The notes beneath the pieces are model-generated. The model ran no database searches, had not been told where the DNA came from, and was given only the letters and a program-made list of their open reading frames with translations. The position numbers and the translations under genes are program-made. Shown piece after piece: positions 17,014 to 27,939 of a DNA stretch of 44,644 nucleotides (position 1 is the stretch's first letter; each line of letters starts with the position of its first letter). The DNA is from an uncultured Clostridia bacterium (GTDB taxonomy: Bacteria > Bacillota > Clostridia > TANB77 > CAG-508): assembly GCA_944390295.1 (NCBI GenBank), contig CALXPV010000003.1, positions 1 to 44,644 of the forward strand. Reading direction: 5' to 3'.

Positions 17014-18330
17014 ATGAAAAAAATAGAACCAAGAACTTTATCAGGTTTTATGGAATTGTTACCTAGCGAACAAATATTATTTAATCAAATGAAAGAGAAA
17101 ATTCAAAAAACATATGAAAAATTTGGATTTTTACCATTAGATACTCCAGTTATAGAATCTGCAGAAGTATTACTTGCAAAAGCAGGAGGAGAAACTGAAA
17201 AACAAATATATAGATTTCAAAAAGGAGATAATGATTTAGCATTAAGATTTGATTTAACTGTTCCTCTTGCAAAATATGTTGCAAAAAATTATGGAAATTT
17301 AAGTTTCCCTTTTAGAAGATATCAAATAGGAAAAGTATATAGAGGAGAACGTGCACAAAAAGGTAGATATAGAGAATTTTATCAATGTGATATAGATATT
17401 ATTGGTGATGGAGAATTAGACTTAATAAATGATGCAGAAATTCCAAGTATTATATATACACTTTTTAAAGAATTGGGATTTAATGATTTTACAATAAAAA
17501 TAAATAATAGAAAAATATTAAATGGACTTTTTGAAAGTGTTGAGCAAAAAGAAAATTCTGCAGAAATATTAAGAATAATAGATAAAATAGAAAAAATAGG
17601 AAAAGAAGCTGTAATAGAAGAATTCAACAAATTAGGACTAAAAGAAGACCAAATAAATAAAATTATTTCTTTTATAGAAATAACAGGTTCTTCAGACGAA
17701 AAAATAGAAAAATTAGAAAATTTAGAAATAACAAATGAAACATATGTAAAAGGTGTAAATGAATTAAAGACAGTAGTACAAAATGTTAGATTATTTGGTG
17801 TTCCAGATAGTAATTTTATGGTAGATTTAACAATTGCTAGAGGTTTAGATTATTATACAGGAACAGTATATGAGACTTTCCTAAATGAATACAGAGAACT
17901 TGGAAGTGTATGCTCAGGAGGTAGATACGAAAACTTAGCAGAATATTATACAGATAAAAGCTTACCAGGTGTTGGAATATCTATTGGTCTTACAAGATTT
18001 TTCTATAAATTAAATGAATTAAATGTAATAAAAGCAGAGAAAAAATCTATATCAGATATTTTAATAATACCTGTGGTAGAAAATTTAAATGAGCCAATAA
18101 AATTATCTGCAGATTTAAGAAAAATAGGAGTAAATACAGAAATATATCTTAATGATAAAAAATTAAAAGCAAAATTAAAATATGCCGATAAATTACAAAT
18201 TCCATATACAATTATTATAGGAGAAGATGAAATAAAATCTAATAAAGTACAAATTAAAAATATGGAAACAGGAGAAAGTATAGAAGCTGAATTTTCGGCA
18301 GAAAGTATATTAAGCAAAATAAATAAATAA
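17014..18330 (+). CDS. hisS: Histidine--tRNA ligase
   Basis: LRFDLTVP, YRGERAQKGRYREFYQCD, RGLDYYTG, GGRY, anticodon domain; AGGAG RBS favours ATG 17014 over GTG 17005. Confidence 0.97.
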   Translation: MKKIEPRTLSGFMELLPSEQILFNQMKEKIQKTYEKFGFLPLDTPVIESAEVLLAKAGGETEKQIYRFQKGDNDLALRFDLTVPLAKYVAKNYGNLSFPFRRYQIGKVYRGERAQKGRYREFYQCDIDIIGDGELDLINDAEIPSIIYTLFKELGFNDFTIKINNRKILNGLFESVEQKENSAEILRIIDKIEKIGKEAVIEEFNKLGLKEDQINKIISFIEITGSSDEKIEKLENLEITNETYVKGVNELKTVVQNVRLFGVPDSNFMVDLTIARGLDYYTGTVYETFLNEYRELGSVCSGGRYENLAEYYTDKSLPGVGISIGLTRFFYKLNELNVIKAEKKSISDILIIPVVENLNEPIKLSADLRKIGVNTEIYLNDKKLKAKLKYADKLQIPYTIIIGEDEIKSNKVQIKNMETGESIEAEFSAESILSKINK

Positions 18331-18334
18331 AAAC

Positions 18335-18369
18335 AAAAATAAACATTGGATTTTCCAATGTTTATTTTT
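18335..18369 (+). terminator. Intrinsic terminator after hisS
   Basis: AAAAATAAACATTGGA-TTT-TCCAATGTTTATTTTT. Confidence 0.8.
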
Positions 18370-18462
18370 ATAGTAAAAAAATATTCTTAATACTTGTCAT
18401 ATTTATTAAAAAAGTGAATATACATATAATAGTATACTTATGCAAAAAGGTGGATAAAATTT

Positions 18463-19557
18463 ATGGTAAATATGAGAGTGATAAAAGCTAAAACTGCTAT
18501 TATGACTGTTGTTATAATAGCTTTTTTAATAATCGGAATAATAAAAATAGTGATTTATTATAAAGATAAAGTACAGGAAGTTTCATTAACTTCTTGTATA
18601 GAAGAAACAATTTTGTCTGCAAGGGGGAATAAAATAAAAGAGGCTAGTAGTATGGATAGGGATAATACAGAAAGAATATTATCTTCAGAGTTAGAAATGA
18701 GTAAATACATAGTAGAAGGGAAAACAGAAGTTGCAGAAAAAACGCAAGAACAATCAAATACAGAAGAAAAAGAAGAAATAAAACATGCCGAAACAGGTTT
18801 AAAAACAGAAATAGTAGATAATAGTAATATAAACAACAAATATACAAATGAATATAATGGAGTAAAAATAAAAAATGAATCTAAATATAAATTAACAAAA
18901 GAGATGCTAACTCCTAATATTGATTTAAAAAATAAAAAAGATGTAATAATATATCATACTCATACTTGTGAAAGCTATACACAAAGTAAAGGATTTGAAT
19001 ACAAACCAAGTGGAAACTTTAGAACCACCGATTTAAATTATTCTGTTGCAAGAGTAGGTAGTGAATTAAAAAAACAATTAACAAGTTATGGATTTAATGT
19101 AGTTCACGATAAGACATATCATGATTATCCTGCATATACAGGATCTTATGATAGATCTTTAGTAAGTGTAAAAAATGATTTAACTGCAAATCCAGATACA
19201 GATATTGTTATAGATTTACATAGAGATGCAGTAGGTTCAAGTAATAAATATGCACCAACTGTAAAGATTGGAGATGAATATGCTGCACAAATAATGTTTG
19301 TAATAGGTACTGATGGAGGAGGATTAAAACATAAAAATTGGGAGAAGAATTTAAAATATGCAGTAAAAATTGTAGAAAAGGGAAATGAACTATATCCGGG
19401 ATTATTTAAACCAATAATGCTTCGTAATTCTAGATATAATCAACATGTAGCAAGTGCTGCTACAATAATGGAAATAGGAGCAACAGGAAATACGATGGAT
19501 CAATGCTTAAATAGTATGAAATATTTAGCAAGAGTTATGGACGAAGCTTTAAAATAA
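18463..19557 (+). CDS. spoIIP: Stage II sporulation protein P (engulfment amidase/endopeptidase)
   Basis: N-terminal TM; IYHTHTCESY, IDLHRD, RYNQH, EIGA.GNT motifs. Confidence 0.92.
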   Translation: MVNMRVIKAKTAIMTVVIIAFLIIGIIKIVIYYKDKVQEVSLTSCIEETILSARGNKIKEASSMDRDNTERILSSELEMSKYIVEGKTEVAEKTQEQSNTEEKEEIKHAETGLKTEIVDNSNINNKYTNEYNGVKIKNESKYKLTKEMLTPNIDLKNKKDVIIYHTHTCESYTQSKGFEYKPSGNFRTTDLNYSVARVGSELKKQLTSYGFNVVHDKTYHDYPAYTGSYDRSLVSVKNDLTANPDTDIVIDLHRDAVGSSNKYAPTVKIGDEYAAQIMFVIGTDGGGLKHKNWEKNLKYAVKIVEKGNELYPGLFKPIMLRNSRYNQHVASAATIMEIGATGNTMDQCLNSMKYLARVMDEALK

Positions 19558-19593
19558 TTTGTACATAAGAATGATAAAATTCTGGAGGAACAA

Positions 19594-22317
19594 ATGAAAA
19601 CAAATAAAAAGTTTTTCTATAAAAATAAAATTTTTTTTGTATATTTAATATTATTTCTAATAAGTTTTTTTGCCACTTTTTTTATATTTATAAAAAATAA
19701 TATTAGTTTTGTTTGGAATAATGACGGAGTTAATCAGCATTTTGCAATATTATATGATTTTAATGAAAATATCAGACAAATAAAAGAAAAAGGATTTAGT
19801 ACATTTCAATTAAACATAGGATTAGGCTTAGATTTTATTGGTCAATATACTTATTATGTATTAGGAGATCCATTTGCCTTAATAAGTTTGTTATTTCCAA
19901 TGGATAAATTAAATTATGCATATTCATTAATGGTCTTATTAAGAATGTTTTTGGCAGGTGTAGCTTTTATTGCTTTTTGTAGATATAAGAAAAAAAGAGA
20001 TATACCAACTTTAATAGGAGCAATTTCATATGCTTTTTGTGGTTTTAGCATATATGCAGGAATAAGACATCCATATTTTTTGAACGCTATGATTTTACTT
20101 CCAATAATTTTAATAGGATTTGAAAAACTGCTAAGAGAAAATAAAAAAATATTATTTATAATTTCTATATTTTTATCATCAGTTGTCAATTATTATTTCT
20201 TTTATATGCTAACAATAATTTTGGCAATATATGCTAGCGTAATTTATTTTTACGATTATAGGAAGAAAGGAATAAAATATTTTTTTAGAACATTGTTAAA
20301 AGTTGCTGGCTGTTATTTGATAGGAATCTTATTAAGTGGGATTGTATTAGTTCCAACAATACATGCATTTTTAAATTCCGCAAGATCAGATACAGAAACA
20401 GTAACAAGATTTAGCGGTAACTATTATCAAAATTTCTTAATGAATCATTTGAATATTAATGGAACAAGTTGGATGGTAATAGGGCTTACAAGCCTATTTA
20501 TACCGCTTCTTTCTGTAGCTTTTATGAATATAAAAAACAACAAGAAAACAATAACTATATTTATAATAATGGTAATTATGCTATTAGTACCACAAATTGC
20601 ATCTATTATGAATGGATTTTCATATCCAACAGATAGATGGATATTTGGCTATATATTTATAATATGTTATATAATGACTTGCAATTATAAAGAACACTTT
20701 GAATATAATAAAAAAGAAATTTTAGTAATGCTTCTTTTTACCAGTATATATATTAATTTAAGTTATATGCTATTAAAATATAACAAAGCTGATTATTTAA
20801 ACTTTAAAATAAATATAATATTTGCAGGTATATTTATACTAATTATTTTATTAAGTACAATATATAAAAATAAAATAAAAAAACAACATATTATTAAAGG
20901 AATAAGTTTTATAGTAATAATTTTTATGATATTCAATATTCGTATTAATTCAAGTTATTTATTAGAAGAAAAAGGTGATAATTATTCTAGCGAATTTGTA
21001 AAATTTTCGGATAATTACATTATATATGCAAACGAAAAAAACAAAATAGGCAATTTTAAAGATGCAATCCAATATTTAAAAGATATAGATAATTCAATAT
21101 ATAGAATTGCTAAATATCCTATAGGTATTCATAATACAAGCATAGTATATAACTATAACGGGCTTTCTGGTTATTATTCCATAGGAAATAATGGAGTGTA
21201 TAATTTTGCAGATGAATTGGAACTGCCAGGTTATTGCCAAACAAGACCATTAACAGATTTAAATAATAGAACACAATTATTAAACTTATTAAATACAAAA
21301 TATTATATATGTGATGAAGAAAATGAAAAATATTTACCATATGGATATAAATTAATTAAAGAAATTGGTGAGACTAAAATTTATTTAAACGAAAATTGTT
21401 TACCAATTGGAATTTTTTATAATAATTATATAAATGATGAAGAATATAATGCCTTAAACAGCATAGAAAAGCAAAATAGCATGATGAATTTTGCCAAGAT
21501 TGAAGAAGAAAATGAATTAGAAGAATATCAAATAGAAAAAGGAAATGTTAATAATTTAAAAAGCATATATAACGAAGCTAATTATACTATTATTGATGAA
21601 AAAAATATCTTAAAAGATAATTATATAGAAACAGAAAAAGGAAAAAATATTATAGAACTACAATTGGAAGAAAAAATAGAAGGAGAACTATATGTGGTTT
21701 TTGAAAATATTAAGTACTCTACAAAATCTAAAGTAGGCAGTACAAAATATACACTAAAAGTAGAAAACAGCGGAAAGAGTGTGTCAGAGACTATGCAAGA
21801 TACCAAAAATGCGTATTATATAAAAAAGGATAATTTGACTTTTAATCTTGGCAATAATGATATTAAAGATAAAAAAATAAAAATTACAATAGATGCTGCA
21901 AGCAAGGGAAAGTTTACGTATAAAAATATAAAGGTTATTAGCATCCCATATAATAAAATAGATGAACAAGTGGAAAAAATAAGGAAAACAGAATTTACTA
22001 ATATACAGTATTTAAATAATAAAATAACAGGAAATATAAAAAATAAAGAAGCTGGTATATTACAATTATCTATTCCTTTTTCTGATGGATGGAAATGCTA
22101 TGTTGATGGAAAAGAAGTGGAAACACTAAAAGTAAATACAGCATTTATAGGAATACCGTTAAACACGGGAGAGCATAATGTGGAATTTGTCTACCATACA
22201 CCTTGGTTAAAGGCAGGAATAATTTGTTCAGGAATAGGAATAATTATTTTAATAACAATAATAATTTTAGAGAAAAAAGAGAGAAAAACAAAGAAAACAA
22301 AGGAGAAAAAATGTTGA
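19594..22317 (+). CDS. YfhO-family membrane protein (GT-C, teichoic acid glycosylation)
   Basis: DGVNQH, GLG.DF...YY.LGDPF, many TMs, NGFSYP.DRW, SIPFSDGW...VDG C-terminal motif. Confidence 0.9.
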   Translation: MKTNKKFFYKNKIFFVYLILFLISFFATFFIFIKNNISFVWNNDGVNQHFAILYDFNENIRQIKEKGFSTFQLNIGLGLDFIGQYTYYVLGDPFALISLLFPMDKLNYAYSLMVLLRMFLAGVAFIAFCRYKKKRDIPTLIGAISYAFCGFSIYAGIRHPYFLNAMILLPIILIGFEKLLRENKKILFIISIFLSSVVNYYFFYMLTIILAIYASVIYFYDYRKKGIKYFFRTLLKVAGCYLIGILLSGIVLVPTIHAFLNSARSDTETVTRFSGNYYQNFLMNHLNINGTSWMVIGLTSLFIPLLSVAFMNIKNNKKTITIFIIMVIMLLVPQIASIMNGFSYPTDRWIFGYIFIICYIMTCNYKEHFEYNKKEILVMLLFTSIYINLSYMLLKYNKADYLNFKINIIFAGIFILIILLSTIYKNKIKKQHIIKGISFIVIIFMIFNIRINSSYLLEEKGDNYSSEFVKFSDNYIIYANEKNKIGNFKDAIQYLKDIDNSIYRIAKYPIGIHNTSIVYNYNGLSGYYSIGNNGVYNFADELELPGYCQTRPLTDLNNRTQLLNLLNTKYYICDEENEKYLPYGYKLIKEIGETKIYLNENCLPIGIFYNNYINDEEYNALNSIEKQNSMMNFAKIEEENELEEYQIEKGNVNNLKSIYNEANYTIIDEKNILKDNYIETEKGKNIIELQLEEKIEGELYVVFENIKYSTKSKVGSTKYTLKVENSGKSVSETMQDTKNAYYIKKDNLTFNLGNNDIKDKKIKITIDAASKGKFTYKNIKVISIPYNKIDEQVEKIRKTEFTNIQYLNNKITGNIKNKEAGILQLSIPFSDGWKCYVDGKEVETLKVNTAFIGIPLNTGEHNVEFVYHTPWLKAGIICSGIGIIILITIIILEKKERKTKKTKEKKC

Positions 22318-22325
22318 AAAATGTA

Positions 22326-22354
22326 TTGTGAATACGATTTTTTTATGATATAAT
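22326..22354 (+). promoter_or_regulatory. Sigma-A promoter of pyk
   Basis: TTGTGA-17 nt-TATAAT with extended -10 TG; AGGAGG RBS before GTG 22387. Confidence 0.6.
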
Positions 22355-22386
22355 AACGTCCAGTGTCAATTTAGGAGGTAATTATT

Positions 22387-23841
22387 GTGAAAGAAAGAAA
22401 TTTAAGAAAAACAAATATCGTATGTACAATAGGACCAGCAGTTGAAAATAGAATGGACGAATTAATGAAAGCTGGAATGTCTATTGCAAGAATTAACTTT
22501 TCTCACGGAGATTATGCAGAACAAGCAGATAAAATTGAAAGATTTTTTGAAATAAGAAAAGAATTAGGACTACCAGTATCTGTAATGCTAGATACTAAAG
22601 GTCCAGAAATAAGAACAGCATTAAATAAAGCAGGAAGAGATGTAAAAGTTCAATTAAAAGAAGGACAAAAATACACATTCTTCTATGAAGACAGATTAGG
22701 AGATGAAGAAGGTACATCACTTTCTTACAAAGATTTATATAAAGATGTTAAACCAGGAAATTTAATCTTAATTGATGATGGGAAAATTCAAGTAAGAGTA
22801 GATGAAATAGATGGAAAAGATATTAAGGGAACAGTATTAAATGATGGTGGAGCAGGATCAAGAAAAAGTATAAATGTACCAGGAGTTTCTGTAAAAATAC
22901 CATTCTTAAGCCCAAAAGATATAAATGACCTAACAAATGGAGCAAAAGCAGGATTTGACTATGTTTCTGCATCATTTGTAAGAAGTAAAGAAGATATAGC
23001 AGAAATGCGTAAAGTATTAGATGACAATGGTGGAAAAGATGTTAAAATCTTAGCTAAAATCGAAAACCAAGAAGGAATAGATAACTTTGAAGAAATTTTA
23101 GCATCTTGTGATGGTATAATGGTAGCTCGTGGAGATATGGCTGTTGAAGTACCTTTTGAAGAAGTACCAGTTGTACAAAAAAGATTTATTAAAAGATGTA
23201 ATGAAGAAGGAAAATTAGTAATAACAGCTACACAAATGTTAGAAAGTATGACAAATAACCCATTACCAACAAGAGCAGAAGTAAGTGACGTTGCAAACGC
23301 TATTTATGATCGTACAGGATGTATAATGCTTTCTGGTGAAACAGCAATGGGAGATTATCCATTAGAATGTGTTAATGCAATGGTAAAAATTGCAAAAAGT
23401 GTAGAACCAACAATTAACTATTGGAAGAGATTTACTAAAAAAGATTGGAAATTAGAAAGTGCAGATATTGATTCTCATGCAGCATATACAAGTTGTGTAA
23501 CAGCAAGAGATATCAAAGCAGATGCTATAATAGATTATACACATACAGGAAATTCTGCAAGAAGATTAGCAGGATATGGACCAGCTTGTCCAATATTTGC
23601 TATTACAGATTCAGAAAAAGTATATAACCAATTAGGACCAATCTGGAATGTATACCCTGTTTTAGTAAAAGACGGTGAAGACATAGATGACACAATTGAA
23701 AAAGGTGTTGAAAAATTATTAGAAGAAGGAAAATTAGAAAAAGGTGATACAGCTGTTTTATGTGGTGGACCACAAATAATGAGCAAAGAAAAATCAAAAT
23801 ATGCAGTTAATAAAACAGTTGGTGGAATATTAAAAATTTAA
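22387..23841 (+). CDS. pyk: Pyruvate kinase
   Basis: CTIGPA, RINFSHG, DTKGPEIRT, AKIEN, MVARGD, TATQMLESM, PTRAEVSDVANA, MLSGETA. Confidence 0.97.
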   Translation: MKERNLRKTNIVCTIGPAVENRMDELMKAGMSIARINFSHGDYAEQADKIERFFEIRKELGLPVSVMLDTKGPEIRTALNKAGRDVKVQLKEGQKYTFFYEDRLGDEEGTSLSYKDLYKDVKPGNLILIDDGKIQVRVDEIDGKDIKGTVLNDGGAGSRKSINVPGVSVKIPFLSPKDINDLTNGAKAGFDYVSASFVRSKEDIAEMRKVLDDNGGKDVKILAKIENQEGIDNFEEILASCDGIMVARGDMAVEVPFEEVPVVQKRFIKRCNEEGKLVITATQMLESMTNNPLPTRAEVSDVANAIYDRTGCIMLSGETAMGDYPLECVNAMVKIAKSVEPTINYWKRFTKKDWKLESADIDSHAAYTSCVTARDIKADAIIDYTHTGNSARRLAGYGPACPIFAITDSEKVYNQLGPIWNVYPVLVKDGEDIDDTIEKGVEKLLEEGKLEKGDTAVLCGGPQIMSKEKSKYAVNKTVGGILKI

Positions 23842-23857
23842 TTAATAATTAAGAAAT

Positions 23858-23901
23858 AGGCTTAATAGTACTAGATAAGATACTATTAGGCTTATTTTTT
23901 T
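23858..23901 (+). terminator. Intrinsic terminator after pyk
   Basis: AGGCTTAATAGTA ... TACTATTAGGCTT followed by ATTTTTTT. Confidence 0.75.
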
Positions 23902-23994
23902 ATCTTAAAATTAGACAAAAAAGCCGAAAATATTGATAAAAAAATCTAAATGTGATAACATACACAATATAAAAAACATAAGGAGAAATTAAAG

Positions 23995-25086
23995 ATGAGC
24001 AGAAGCAAAGGAAGAAGAGTAAAAGAAAAACCAAGAAAAAAAGGACATAAAGGATTATTGTTTTTTTCAATAATAGTAATAGTACTAATTGCAGCAATAT
24101 TAAGTGCATATTTTTTTGTGCTAGGTAAAATAAATTTAGTAAATAATGTAGAAATTAATAAGGACAATTTAGCAATTAATAATAACGCCAATGAAGAATT
24201 AAAAGGATATAGAAATATTGCATTGTTTGGAATAGACAGCAGAGCAGAAGACGATTATGGAGAAGGAAATAGAAGTGATTGTATTATAATAGCAAGTATC
24301 AATCAAGACACTAATGCAGTACAATTAATATCAATATATAGAGATACTTATGTGCAAATAGAGAACCATGGACTAGATAAAATAACACATGCATATTCAT
24401 ATGGTGGCCCAGAGCTTGCATTAAATACACTAAATGCAAATTTAGATTTAAATATAGAAGAATTTGTTGCAGTAAACTGGAAAGCAGTAGCAGATGCTGT
24501 AGACTTACTTGGTGGAGTAACTATTGATGTAGAAAAGAATGAAATAAGTCAAATAAATAAATATGTTTATGAAACAGCGAAATCAGTAGGAAAAAAAGCA
24601 AAAAGAGTTACAAAATCTGGGGAGCAAACATTAAATGGAGTTCAAGCTGTAACTTATGCAAGAATAAGAAAAACTAGTGGTGGAGATTACAAAAGAGCTG
24701 AAAGAATGAGAACTGTAATAGAAGCAATGGTTGATGAGGCTAAAACAAAAAGTCTTTCAGAATTGAATGAAATAGCAAATGAAATATTGCCAGAAATTAG
24801 TACTAATATAAGCGCAACAGAAATCCTTTCTTTAATCCCAACAGCATTATCTTTTAACATAGATAAAAGTATAGGATGGCCATATGAAACAAAGGGATAT
24901 TCGCACAATGGCTGGTATGGAATTCCAGTGACACTAAAAAGTAATGTGGAAAAATTACATAAAGAAGTATTTGGACAAGAAGATTATGAACCATCTGAAA
25001 CATTATTAGAAATAAATAAGAAAATAATAAATAGAACAGGATATACATCAGATACATCAGCAGTAACAAATACAACAGTATATTAA
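23995..25086 (+). CDS. LCP (LytR-CpsA-Psr) family polymer-to-peptidoglycan ligase
   Basis: Basic N-tail + TM; LFGIDSR, RSD, SIYRDTYV, KITHAY, YARIR, DYKRAER. Confidence 0.93.
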   Translation: MSRSKGRRVKEKPRKKGHKGLLFFSIIVIVLIAAILSAYFFVLGKINLVNNVEINKDNLAINNNANEELKGYRNIALFGIDSRAEDDYGEGNRSDCIIIASINQDTNAVQLISIYRDTYVQIENHGLDKITHAYSYGGPELALNTLNANLDLNIEEFVAVNWKAVADAVDLLGGVTIDVEKNEISQINKYVYETAKSVGKKAKRVTKSGEQTLNGVQAVTYARIRKTSGGDYKRAERMRTVIEAMVDEAKTKSLSELNEIANEILPEISTNISATEILSLIPTALSFNIDKSIGWPYETKGYSHNGWYGIPVTLKSNVEKLHKEVFGQEDYEPSETLLEINKKIINRTGYTSDTSAVTNTTVY

Positions 25087-25105
25087 AAGGATAGGAGATA
25101 ATAAA

Positions 25106-25561
25106 ATGAGAAGAATATTAACATATGGAACATTTGATTTATTACACTATGGACATATTAGACTATTAAAAAGAGCTAAACAATTAGGAGATTACTTAGT
25201 TGTTGCATTATCAACTGATGAATTTAATGCAATAAAAAATAAAAAAGCATATCATAACTATGAAACAAGAAAAAAGATGTTAGAAGCTATAAGATACGTA
25301 GATTTAGTTATTCCAGAAGAAAACTGGGAACAAAAAATAAATGATGTACAAAAATATTATATAGATGCTGTAGTTATGGGAAGTGACTGGAAAGGTAGCG
25401 AAAAGTTTGAAGTGTTACGTCCATATTGTGATGTAATATATTTGGAAAGAACCGAAGGGGTTTCTACAAGTAAGATAAAAAAAGATTTAGGCTTACAAGC
25501 ACCAAAAAAGAATGTAAATCAAATACCAGAAACTAAATTCGAAAGAGAGCATAGAAAATAA
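25106..25561 (+). CDS. tagD: Glycerol-3-phosphate cytidylyltransferase
   Basis: TYGTFDLLHYGH, STDEFN, MGSDW, RTEGVSTS. Confidence 0.95.
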   Translation: MRRILTYGTFDLLHYGHIRLLKRAKQLGDYLVVALSTDEFNAIKNKKAYHNYETRKKMLEAIRYVDLVIPEENWEQKINDVQKYYIDAVVMGSDWKGSEKFEVLRPYCDVIYLERTEGVSTSKIKKDLGLQAPKKNVNQIPETKFEREHRK

Positions 25562-25562
25562 T

Positions 25563-26684
25563 ATGAAAAAGATAGTTTTAAATATAGGAATAGGCATATT
25601 AAATATTATATATTTTTTTATAAAGTTTGCTAGAACAAAAGATAAAATAACATATATTAGTAGACAATATAATGAAGAAACCTTAGATTTTAAGATGATA
25701 AAAGAAGAAATCGCTAAAAAAGATAAAAACATAAAACAAGTAGTATTAACTAAAAGACTAGATAAAGGGGCATTAAATGCGATAAAATATGTTTTTCATA
25801 TATTTAGACAGATGTATAATGTAGCCACTTCAAAAGTCTTAATAGTTGATACATATTGTATTGTAGCTAGTGTTTTAAACCATAAAAAAAGTTTGAAGAT
25901 AATACAAATTTGGCATGCAAGTGCAGCTATAAAAAAATTTGGATATCAAACTATAGGTAAAACATCTGGAACAGAAAAACAGATTGCAGATAGTATGAGA
26001 ATGCATAAAAATTATAGTTATGTTATATCTCCTAGTGATATAACAACTAATTATTATAGCGAAGCCTTTAATGTAGATAAAAATAAAATTGTTAAATTTG
26101 GACTTCCAAGATTAGACTATATAAAAAATTTAAATAAAAAACAAGAACTTTATGATATATATCCTATATTAAAAGATAAAATAAATATATTGTATGTACC
26201 GACATTTAGAAAAAATAAGAAAATAAAAATAAATGGACTAATAGAAAAATTAGATACTAGTAAATATAATTTAATAATAAAATTACATCCACTAGATAGA
26301 AAAAATTATTCTTTTAAAGAAAGAGAAGGTATAATTTTTGATGATAAATTTGATTCATATGAATGGTTGCAGGTAACAGACAAATTAATCACAGATTACT
26401 CATCACTAGCTGTGGAAGAATTAGTATTAGATATACCAATTTATTTTTATATATACGATATAGACGAATACATAAAAGATCCAGGGTTAAACTTTAATTT
26501 CGAAACAGAGAAAATTGGAAAATATGCAGTAAAAACAGAAGAAGAATTACTAGCTAAATTAGAAGAAGATTATGACTATGAGACTTTAAAAGATTTTAAA
26601 GATAGATACATAGAAGTAGAACCTGGAAAATGTACAGAAAAATTTGGAAATTTTGTAATGGAGTTAATGAAAAATGGGAAATAA
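25563..26684 (+). CDS. CDP-glycerol glycerophosphotransferase family (TagB-like primase)
   Basis: QIWHAS.AIKKFG, GLPRLD, YVPTFR, KLHP, TDYSS. Confidence 0.88.
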   Translation: MKKIVLNIGIGILNIIYFFIKFARTKDKITYISRQYNEETLDFKMIKEEIAKKDKNIKQVVLTKRLDKGALNAIKYVFHIFRQMYNVATSKVLIVDTYCIVASVLNHKKSLKIIQIWHASAAIKKFGYQTIGKTSGTEKQIADSMRMHKNYSYVISPSDITTNYYSEAFNVDKNKIVKFGLPRLDYIKNLNKKQELYDIYPILKDKINILYVPTFRKNKKIKINGLIEKLDTSKYNLIIKLHPLDRKNYSFKEREGIIFDDKFDSYEWLQVTDKLITDYSSLAVEELVLDIPIYFYIYDIDEYIKDPGLNFNFETEKIGKYAVKTEEELLAKLEEDYDYETLKDFKDRYIEVEPGKCTEKFGNFVMELMKNGK

Positions 26685-27939
26685 GATTAAAAAACAAATA
26701 AAAATAATAGCAACAAAAAGTGCTGAAAAAAGTGTATTTTTTAGAAATATATATAGAGGATTATTAAATACATATAGACTAATAATGTATAAAATAAGAA
26801 CAGCAGGAATAAAAGTAGATGAACATACAATAATATTTAGTTGTTTTAATGGACAATCATATACATGCAGTCCAAAAGCTTTATATGAATATATGATAAA
26901 AAGTTCAGAATATGATGAATATAAATTTGTATGGTGTTTTAAAGATGTAGAAAAATATAAATTTTTAGAAGAAAATAAAAATACTGTTGTTGTAAAACAA
27001 GGATCTAAAAAATATCAACAATATCTAGCTAAAGCTAAATACTGGATATTTAATTATAAAATTCCAGATTATTTAAAACCAAAAAAAGAACAAGTATTTT
27101 TACAATGTTGGCATGGAACACCTTTAAAAAGATTAGGATGTGATTTAACACATTTTGATAATGTATTAAATACTGCAGAAGGAATGAAGAAAAGATATAA
27201 AATAGAAGCATCTAAATTCTCATATTTTATATCTCCATCTAAATTTGCAAGTGAAAAATTTATTTCTGCTTGGAATTTAAAGGAAATAGGAAAAGAAAAT
27301 ATAATTATAGAAAAAGGATATCCAAGAAATGATTTCTTATATAATTATACTGAAAAAGATGTACAAAAAATAAAGAAAGAATTAGGGTTAGAAAATGAAA
27401 CAAGAAAAATGATATTATATGCTCCTACATATCGTTCAAATCAACACGAGGCAGGGCTAGGATATACATATAAAGAAGAAGTTGATTTTGACAAACTACA
27501 AAAAGATATAGGTGATAAATATATTATTTTATTTAGACCACACTATTTTATTGCAAATGCTTTTGATTTTGAAAAATATAAAGGCTTTGTATATAATGTA
27601 GCAGGAATAGATGACGTAAATGAATTATATATTATTGCAGATATGTTAATAACAGATTATTCTAGTGTGTTCTTTGATTATGCAAATTTAAAAAGACCAA
27701 TGTTATTTTATATGTATGATTTAGAACATTATAGAGATAAGTCAAATGGATTCTATATTGATTTGGATGAATTACCAGGTCCAATAACAAAAACACAAGA
27801 AGATATGACAAAAGAAATATTGCGTTTAGATAAAGAATTTAAATATGATGAAAAATATGAAAAATTTAATAGTAAATATACATATTTAGATGATGGAAAT
27901 GCAAGTAAAAGAGTACTAGAAGAGGTAATAAAATGTTAG
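26674..27939 (+). CDS. CDP-glycerol:poly(glycerophosphate) glycerophosphotransferase (TagF-like)
   Basis: QCWHGTPLK, GYPRND, YAPTYR, RPHY, ITDYSSVFFDY. Confidence 0.92.
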   Translation: MGNKIKKQIKIIATKSAEKSVFFRNIYRGLLNTYRLIMYKIRTAGIKVDEHTIIFSCFNGQSYTCSPKALYEYMIKSSEYDEYKFVWCFKDVEKYKFLEENKNTVVVKQGSKKYQQYLAKAKYWIFNYKIPDYLKPKKEQVFLQCWHGTPLKRLGCDLTHFDNVLNTAEGMKKRYKIEASKFSYFISPSKFASEKFISAWNLKEIGKENIIIEKGYPRNDFLYNYTEKDVQKIKKELGLENETRKMILYAPTYRSNQHEAGLGYTYKEEVDFDKLQKDIGDKYIILFRPHYFIANAFDFEKYKGFVYNVAGIDDVNELYIIADMLITDYSSVFFDYANLKRPMLFYMYDLEHYRDKSNGFYIDLDELPGPITKTQEDMTKEILRLDKEFKYDEKYEKFNSKYTYLDDGNASKRVLEEVIKC

